DNA of 56,745 bases from an uncultured Rhodobacterales bacterium (GTDB taxonomy: Bacteria > Pseudomonadota > Alphaproteobacteria > Rhodobacterales > Rhodobacteraceae): NCBI GenBank assembly GCA_964649035.1, contig CAZYMT010000002.1:1-56745 (forward strand). The letters run 5' to 3'. The notes beneath the pieces are model-generated. The model did no database searches. It was not told where the DNA came from and saw only the letters and a list, made by a program, of their open reading frames with translations. Position numbers and translations under genes: made by a program. Shown piece after piece: positions 51,886-56,745 of this stretch; positions within the stretch are counted from its first letter, which is position 1; every line of letters starts with the position of its first letter.

Positions 51886-52704
51886 CTATCGATAGAAAGA
51901 GTGGCTACCGATTTGGGCTGTAAAATAAAGCGCCCTAGCCCAGCGCGGATCCACATTATTTGCGTGATAATGCGTAGCGCCGTCCGTTAGGACGCGCGCT
52001 GCCCCTTGCAGCATCATATCCGCAAGCTTTCCAGCACGTGAAAACGCCACCGGCTCGGCAAAATGTTCGGACTTTCCATCGCAATTATAGCTGAACTGAC
52101 ACCGATGCAGACGATGCGCGCCTTGCGAGACAACGCCACAAACCGTGTCGGGGTAATTGCCCGCATCCACCCGATTGAGGATAACCTCACCCACCGCGAA
52201 CTGGCCAGCCAATGTTTCACTGCGCGCTTCAAAATAAAGAGCTTCGGCAAGGCAACGCCATTCCCGACCACCTGTAACTTCGGGCATTGAATCGATCACG
52301 GCCTTGGTGAATTCACCGCCGACAGTTGTATCAATCAAACTGTGCTGGGCGGAATCTGCCAGCAATTGCGCATTTTTATCCTCGATATTTTGACGACCAA
52401 AGCTCAAACCGAAAATTGAAAATGTGCTGACACTTGTATCACTAACGGCCGGCATATGCGCGCCCATCCCGCCGCGCGTGGCAAGTGCTTGTACCGTAAT
52501 AGCCGAAACGGCAGCCCGTTCTTGCGACATCATAGATACGATTTGTATCATAGCCTGTTGACTGGGATCTTCGGAAAATTCCGCGGATGGCATTTCAGCA
52601 TTGGCCATCCCAAACGCAATGGTCACCGCGACGAAACACGATGAAACACCAATAATTTTCCGCGTTCGAGCACGCAGTTTTTCTCGTTTGTTAATAGCAG
52701 ACAT
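51886..52704 (-). CDS. SleB/Hydrolase_2 family cell wall hydrolase
   Basis: CLAEALYFEARSE, VILNRV, CGVVSQ, CQFSYNCDG, GATHYHA. Confidence 0.92.
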   Translation of the reverse strand: MSAINKREKLRARTRKIIGVSSCFVAVTIAFGMANAEMPSAEFSEDPSQQAMIQIVSMMSQERAAVSAITVQALATRGGMGAHMPAVSDTSVSTFSIFGLSFGRQNIEDKNAQLLADSAQHSLIDTTVGGEFTKAVIDSMPEVTGGREWRCLAEALYFEARSETLAGQFAVGEVILNRVDAGNYPDTVCGVVSQGAHRLHRCQFSYNCDGKSEHFAEPVAFSRAGKLADMMLQGAARVLTDGATHYHANNVDPRWARALYFTAQIGSHSFYR

Positions 52705-52931
52705 CGTAACCCCAAAATATCACGCCCCCAGCTTGGCAAATTTAGGCAGTGCCTTACCAGAAACGAATGGACCGAAATCTACGCAAATATCCGAAAATGT
52801 CCACCGATTCGCGAAACAATTGAAGAGAGCAAGACACACGTTTAGGTGCGAAAATGTGCAAGTACCTGTAATGCCTTACCTATTTCGATAATAGTCCCGC
52901 GATGTATCTATTCGCAATTGCAGTCAGTATT

Positions 52932-55520
52932 TCAGTTTTGATTTATTTCAAGCTCCGCGATACTCGCTTGGGCCGCAGCCAGCCTTGCAATCGGCACCCG
53001 GAACGGCGAACAGGATACATAATCAAATCCAATCATTTTACAAAATCTTACCGATGCCGGGTCACCGCCATGTTCGCCACAAATGCCCAACACCAGATCA
53101 GAATTTTGCGCCCTTCCACGTTCAGCCGCCATGATCATCAGTTCCCCCACACCTTGTAGATCAAGCGTATGAAACGGATCTTCGGGATAAACATTTTGAT
53201 TAATATAATCGCGCATGAAACGCCCCGCATCATCACGCGATAAGCCGTAAGTCATCTGTGTAAGATCGTTAGTGCCAAAACTTAAGAAGGCGCAGTTTTC
53301 AGCCAAATCACCAGCACGCAAAGCCGCTCGCGGGGTTTCGACCATCGCACCCAACCGGTAATCCAGATGCGCCGATTGTTCCGCCTGCACATCGCGCGCA
53401 ATCTGATCCACGCGCTGCTTAACCAAATCAACCTCTCGGTTTGCCGAAACCAGCGGAATCATAACTTCGGGGACTACGGCCTGCTCGGAATTGCGGTTAA
53501 CCTCGATTGCAGCCTCAAAAATCGCCCGCGCCTGCATTTCATAGATTTCGGGCATAGTTACGCCTAAACGCACACCGCGTTTCCCAAGCATCGGATTGAA
53601 TTCCGACAGCTCCTCGGCCCGCGCAATAACTTGGCTGATGGGCAATTCCATAGCCTCAGCCAAATCCTGCATTTCATCGCGGCTATGGGGCAAAAATTCG
53701 TGTAATGGCGGGTCGAGCAACCGGATGGTCACCGGTAACCCCCGCATGATTTCAAACAATTCGACAAAATCCGACCGCTGCATTGGCAACAAGCGATCCA
53801 GCGCCAAGCGCCGTTCTGCCTCTGAATTGGCGAGGATCATTTCACGCATTACCGTGATACGTCCTTCCTCAAAAAACATGTGTTCTGTGCGGCACAGACC
53901 AATACCATCAACCCCAAATTCACGGGCATGTCGCGCATCCATCGGCGTATCAGCATTGCCGCGCACCCCGATCGTGCGCACGTCATCCGCCCATTCCATC
54001 AAGGTCAAAAACGCCCCACCAAGTTCCGCCTGGATCATCGGCGGTGACCCGATCAAGGCCTGCCCGCGCGTTCCGTCAATCGTAATCACGTCACCTTCGC
54101 GAAACTCGCGCCCATCATGGGCGGTAATAATCCGCGTCTTGATGTTCAGGCGCAAATCGCCGGCCCCAACCACACATGGCAGCCCTAACCCGCGGGCGAT
54201 CACTGCTGCGTGGCTGGTCATGCCACCGCGCACCGTCAACACACCCGCCGCCGCGTGCATGCCGCGAATATCTTCCGGGCTGGTTTCAATTCGCACCAGA
54301 ATACACGGTTCATCCTGCGCTTCTGAGGCCATCGCCGCCTCAGGTGAAAACACGATCCGGCCAGTGGCCGCGCCGGGGCTGGCGGGCAGCCCAAGACCAA
54401 AAACTTCGCGCGTAGCATTCGGGTCAATCTGCGAGTGTAGATGTTCAACTAAATTACGCGGATCGATCCGTAGCAACGCCTGATTGCGGGTGATCACCCC
54501 CGCCTCGGCCAAATTAACGGCGATCCGGACCGCGGCGCGGGCCGACCTGATGGCGGGGCTGATATCAAGCAGATGGATTTTGCCGTCTTCAATCGTGAAC
54601 TCAAACTGGAACGCATCGCCCATCGCCGCCGAGGTTTCGTTAAACCGTTGTAATTGCGCCAAGGCGTCGGGCGCGATTTCTTCCAGCGACGGCGCGCTTT
54701 GTCCAGCTTCCTCGCGCTCGGCCTTGGTGATCATATGCGGGGTCCGCAGGCCCATCAGCGCATCTTGCCCTTGCGATTGCGGCAAATACCGCCCCCAAAC
54801 GCGCGGCGCACCGGATTTTTCGTCAACCATTTGCACAAAGCCGGACCCGCCATCCGCGCCCAACCCGATAACCATGTTTTGCACGATCAGCCCTAAACCC
54901 GCATCCGCAGGCGCGCCCTTAGCTTCACGTAAAATCCGTGTCGAAGCGGCATTCCAGCCCTTCGCCATCGCCCGCAAAACTCCCAATAATTGCGCTGCCG
55001 GATCTTGGGGAAACGGTTTTCCAACCTCGACCTCATACAACGCCTTACTGTTATCGAGCATCGCCGCAAGGTCGCTATCCGACAATTCTTCCTCGCTATC
55101 CACATCCGCCAGCTTCAGGTGATCGTAATAGAGGTTTTCGAAATATTCGGGGTCAACGCCGTCAACGCTGACCGCATAATTCTGGATGAAACGGCGGTAA
55201 ACTTCGGTCATACCGCGTGATGGGTTGGCGGCCAGAAACGCGTCAGTCGCACCAATATTCAAGGTCGCTGCCGCCCCGCCCCAATCCGTATTTTCGGGGC
55301 TGCATCGCACAGACACTAACCCGTCAATCGGCAGCTCAGGCACATCGCCAGCGGCAATCGCGCGCACCGTATCAAAGGACAGGATCAAACCGTCCGGCAC
55401 AGGCAAACCAGCACGGGCCATTTCGGCAAGCCGCACCGCGCGGGCCCCGTAGATTTCGGGGGCAACGGCGTCGTCGCTATGGATGTGAATAAACGGCTGA
55501 CCCATCATGGCCTCCTGCAT
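52932..55520 (-). CDS. ppdK: Pyruvate phosphate dikinase homologue with degenerate N-terminal nucleotide-binding domain
   Basis: GGMTSHAAV phospho-His motif, GIGLCRTEHMF, RLLDPPLHEFLP, SFGTNDLTQ, ICGEHGGD. Confidence 0.85.
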   Translation of the reverse strand: MQEAMMGQPFIHIHSDDAVAPEIYGARAVRLAEMARAGLPVPDGLILSFDTVRAIAAGDVPELPIDGLVSVRCSPENTDWGGAAATLNIGATDAFLAANPSRGMTEVYRRFIQNYAVSVDGVDPEYFENLYYDHLKLADVDSEEELSDSDLAAMLDNSKALYEVEVGKPFPQDPAAQLLGVLRAMAKGWNAASTRILREAKGAPADAGLGLIVQNMVIGLGADGGSGFVQMVDEKSGAPRVWGRYLPQSQGQDALMGLRTPHMITKAEREEAGQSAPSLEEIAPDALAQLQRFNETSAAMGDAFQFEFTIEDGKIHLLDISPAIRSARAAVRIAVNLAEAGVITRNQALLRIDPRNLVEHLHSQIDPNATREVFGLGLPASPGAATGRIVFSPEAAMASEAQDEPCILVRIETSPEDIRGMHAAAGVLTVRGGMTSHAAVIARGLGLPCVVGAGDLRLNIKTRIITAHDGREFREGDVITIDGTRGQALIGSPPMIQAELGGAFLTLMEWADDVRTIGVRGNADTPMDARHAREFGVDGIGLCRTEHMFFEEGRITVMREMILANSEAERRLALDRLLPMQRSDFVELFEIMRGLPVTIRLLDPPLHEFLPHSRDEMQDLAEAMELPISQVIARAEELSEFNPMLGKRGVRLGVTMPEIYEMQARAIFEAAIEVNRNSEQAVVPEVMIPLVSANREVDLVKQRVDQIARDVQAEQSAHLDYRLGAMVETPRAALRAGDLAENCAFLSFGTNDLTQMTYGLSRDDAGRFMRDYINQNVYPEDPFHTLDLQGVGELMIMAAERGRAQNSDLVLGICGEHGGDPASVRFCKMIGFDYVSCSPFRVPIARLAAAQASIAELEINQN

Positions 55521-55555
55521 TGGTTATATGCAGCATAGACCAGACGGGGGAATTG

Positions 55556-56745
55556 TCATCCCTCAATGGCGCGGAATATGGCGACGCGGTGCATGACCTC
55601 GCGGATACGGTTCAGCAGACACAGGCGGTTGCGACGCACGATGCTATTATCGCTATTCACCTGCACCCCCTCAAAGAAGGCATCAATCGGCTGGCGGAGC
55701 TGCGCCAAAGCGGCCATAGCCGCCGCGAAATCTTCGGCTTTGAGCGCCGTGGATATCGCAGCCTCGCTGCTGTCGAGCGCAAAAAACAAAGCTTTTTCAA
55801 TATCTTCTTCGGTGAACTTAACCTCAGGCGTCCCCTCGTAAGAGACTCCGTCTTTCTTCTCTTCAGCCGCCAAAATATTGTTGGCGCGTTTATAGCCTTG
55901 TAACAAATTGGTGCCGTCGTCTGTGTTAACAAACGCCTGTAAGGCATTGGCACGGTTAACCAAAAGTGTCAGGTCGTCATTGTTTGGCATTTGCAAACAA
56001 GCGTCGATGACGTCATGGGTGATGCCTTTATCGCGGAGGTAAACTTTGAGGCGGTCGTGGAAGAAGGAGAGGAGGTCAATGTAACGTTGAAATGCAATTT
56101 CTTGGGCTTCGACCAGATCAGCGCCAAGTTTCGCGACCTCGGAATTGGTTTCTTGAGTTTGCCCAGTTTCTAGCACCTTACTGGAGAATGCCTCTTTCTC
56201 TTGTTTAGCTCCGAATGGGCTTTTAGAATTGAAAAGTAATCCGATCATTGGCAATCGTACATCGCCTTCCAACACCAACCGAATAACACCCAACGCAGCC
56301 CTACGTAGTGCAAACGGGTCTTTCGAACCTGTTGGTTTCTCATCAATCGCCCAGAAGGCTGTCAACATATCAATCTTATCCGCCAATGCCACGGCCACCG
56401 AAATTGGTGCGCTCGGCACATCGTCAGCAGGACCCAGCGGCGAATAATGTTCCTGACATGCCTCTGGCACACCATCATCATGACCCGCGTGGGCCGCATA
56501 GTACCGCCCCATCAAGCCTTGCAAATCGGGGAATTCATAAACCATCTCGGATGTAAGATCAGCTTTGGCGATCCGCGCGGCTTCTGCCGCCAGATCAGGT
56601 TTGGCACCAACCAGTGGCGCAATCTCTCGTGCCAAGGCTTCAATCCGCTTAACCCGCTCTGCCTGCGTGCCCAACTTATTGTGGAACGTCACATTTTCCA
56701 GCGGTTTGGCCATGCCTTCCATGCCGATGCGATCAATGGTTCGCA
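55556..56745 (-). CDS. glyS: Glycine-tRNA ligase beta subunit (5'-truncated by window edge)
   Basis: VTFHNKLGT, AKADL..EMVYEFPDLQG.MG, KPTGSKDPFALRRAALG, RRNRL. Confidence 0.97.
   Translation of the reverse strand, partial: RTIDRIGMEGMAKPLENVTFHNKLGTQAERVKRIEALAREIAPLVGAKPDLAAEAARIAKADLTSEMVYEFPDLQGLMGRYYAAHAGHDDGVPEACQEHYSPLGPADDVPSAPISVAVALADKIDMLTAFWAIDEKPTGSKDPFALRRAALGVIRLVLEGDVRLPMIGLLFNSKSPFGAKQEKEAFSSKVLETGQTQETNSEVAKLGADLVEAQEIAFQRYIDLLSFFHDRLKVYLRDKGITHDVIDACLQMPNNDDLTLLVNRANALQAFVNTDDGTNLLQGYKRANNILAAEEKKDGVSYEGTPEVKFTEEDIEKALFFALDSSEAAISTALKAEDFAAAMAALAQLRQPIDAFFEGVQVNSDNSIVRRNRLCLLNRIREVMHRVAIFRAIEG

Overview
This is a dense chromosomal window from an alphaproteobacterium; gene content and order point to marine Rhodobacteraceae (inference). 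Most of it is housekeeping: fur-eno, olsB-olsA, chpT, gmk/yicC, serB, class II DAHP synthase, 6S RNA with 5-formyl-THF cyclo-ligase, LexA-boxed mmcB, tRNA-His, scoAB, xseA/purD, hflK-hflC-degP, gor/rpiA, sdaA, purA, serC-serA, a MocR regulator with two DMT transporters, folB-folP-glmM, a ppdK-like gene and partial glyS. I see no integrase, transposase, prophage or CRISPR array. The strongest unexplained signal is a ~265-nt multi-helix non-coding element at ~4626-4892. It has its own terminator and matches no RNA family I recognise. Beside it is a two-gene block (DUF695/RraB-like plus a stand-alone L7/L12-CTD-like ORF) bounded by an 11-bp direct repeat. Other notable items are a tandem pair of ParA-like proteins with degenerate P-loops and a perfect CtrA-type box, a PPDK homologue with an eroded ATP-grasp domain, FolB fused to a degenerate amino-acid-kinase-like domain, a probable ATT start codon and a structured serC leader. 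All family calls come from motif recognition by eye; no database search was run.
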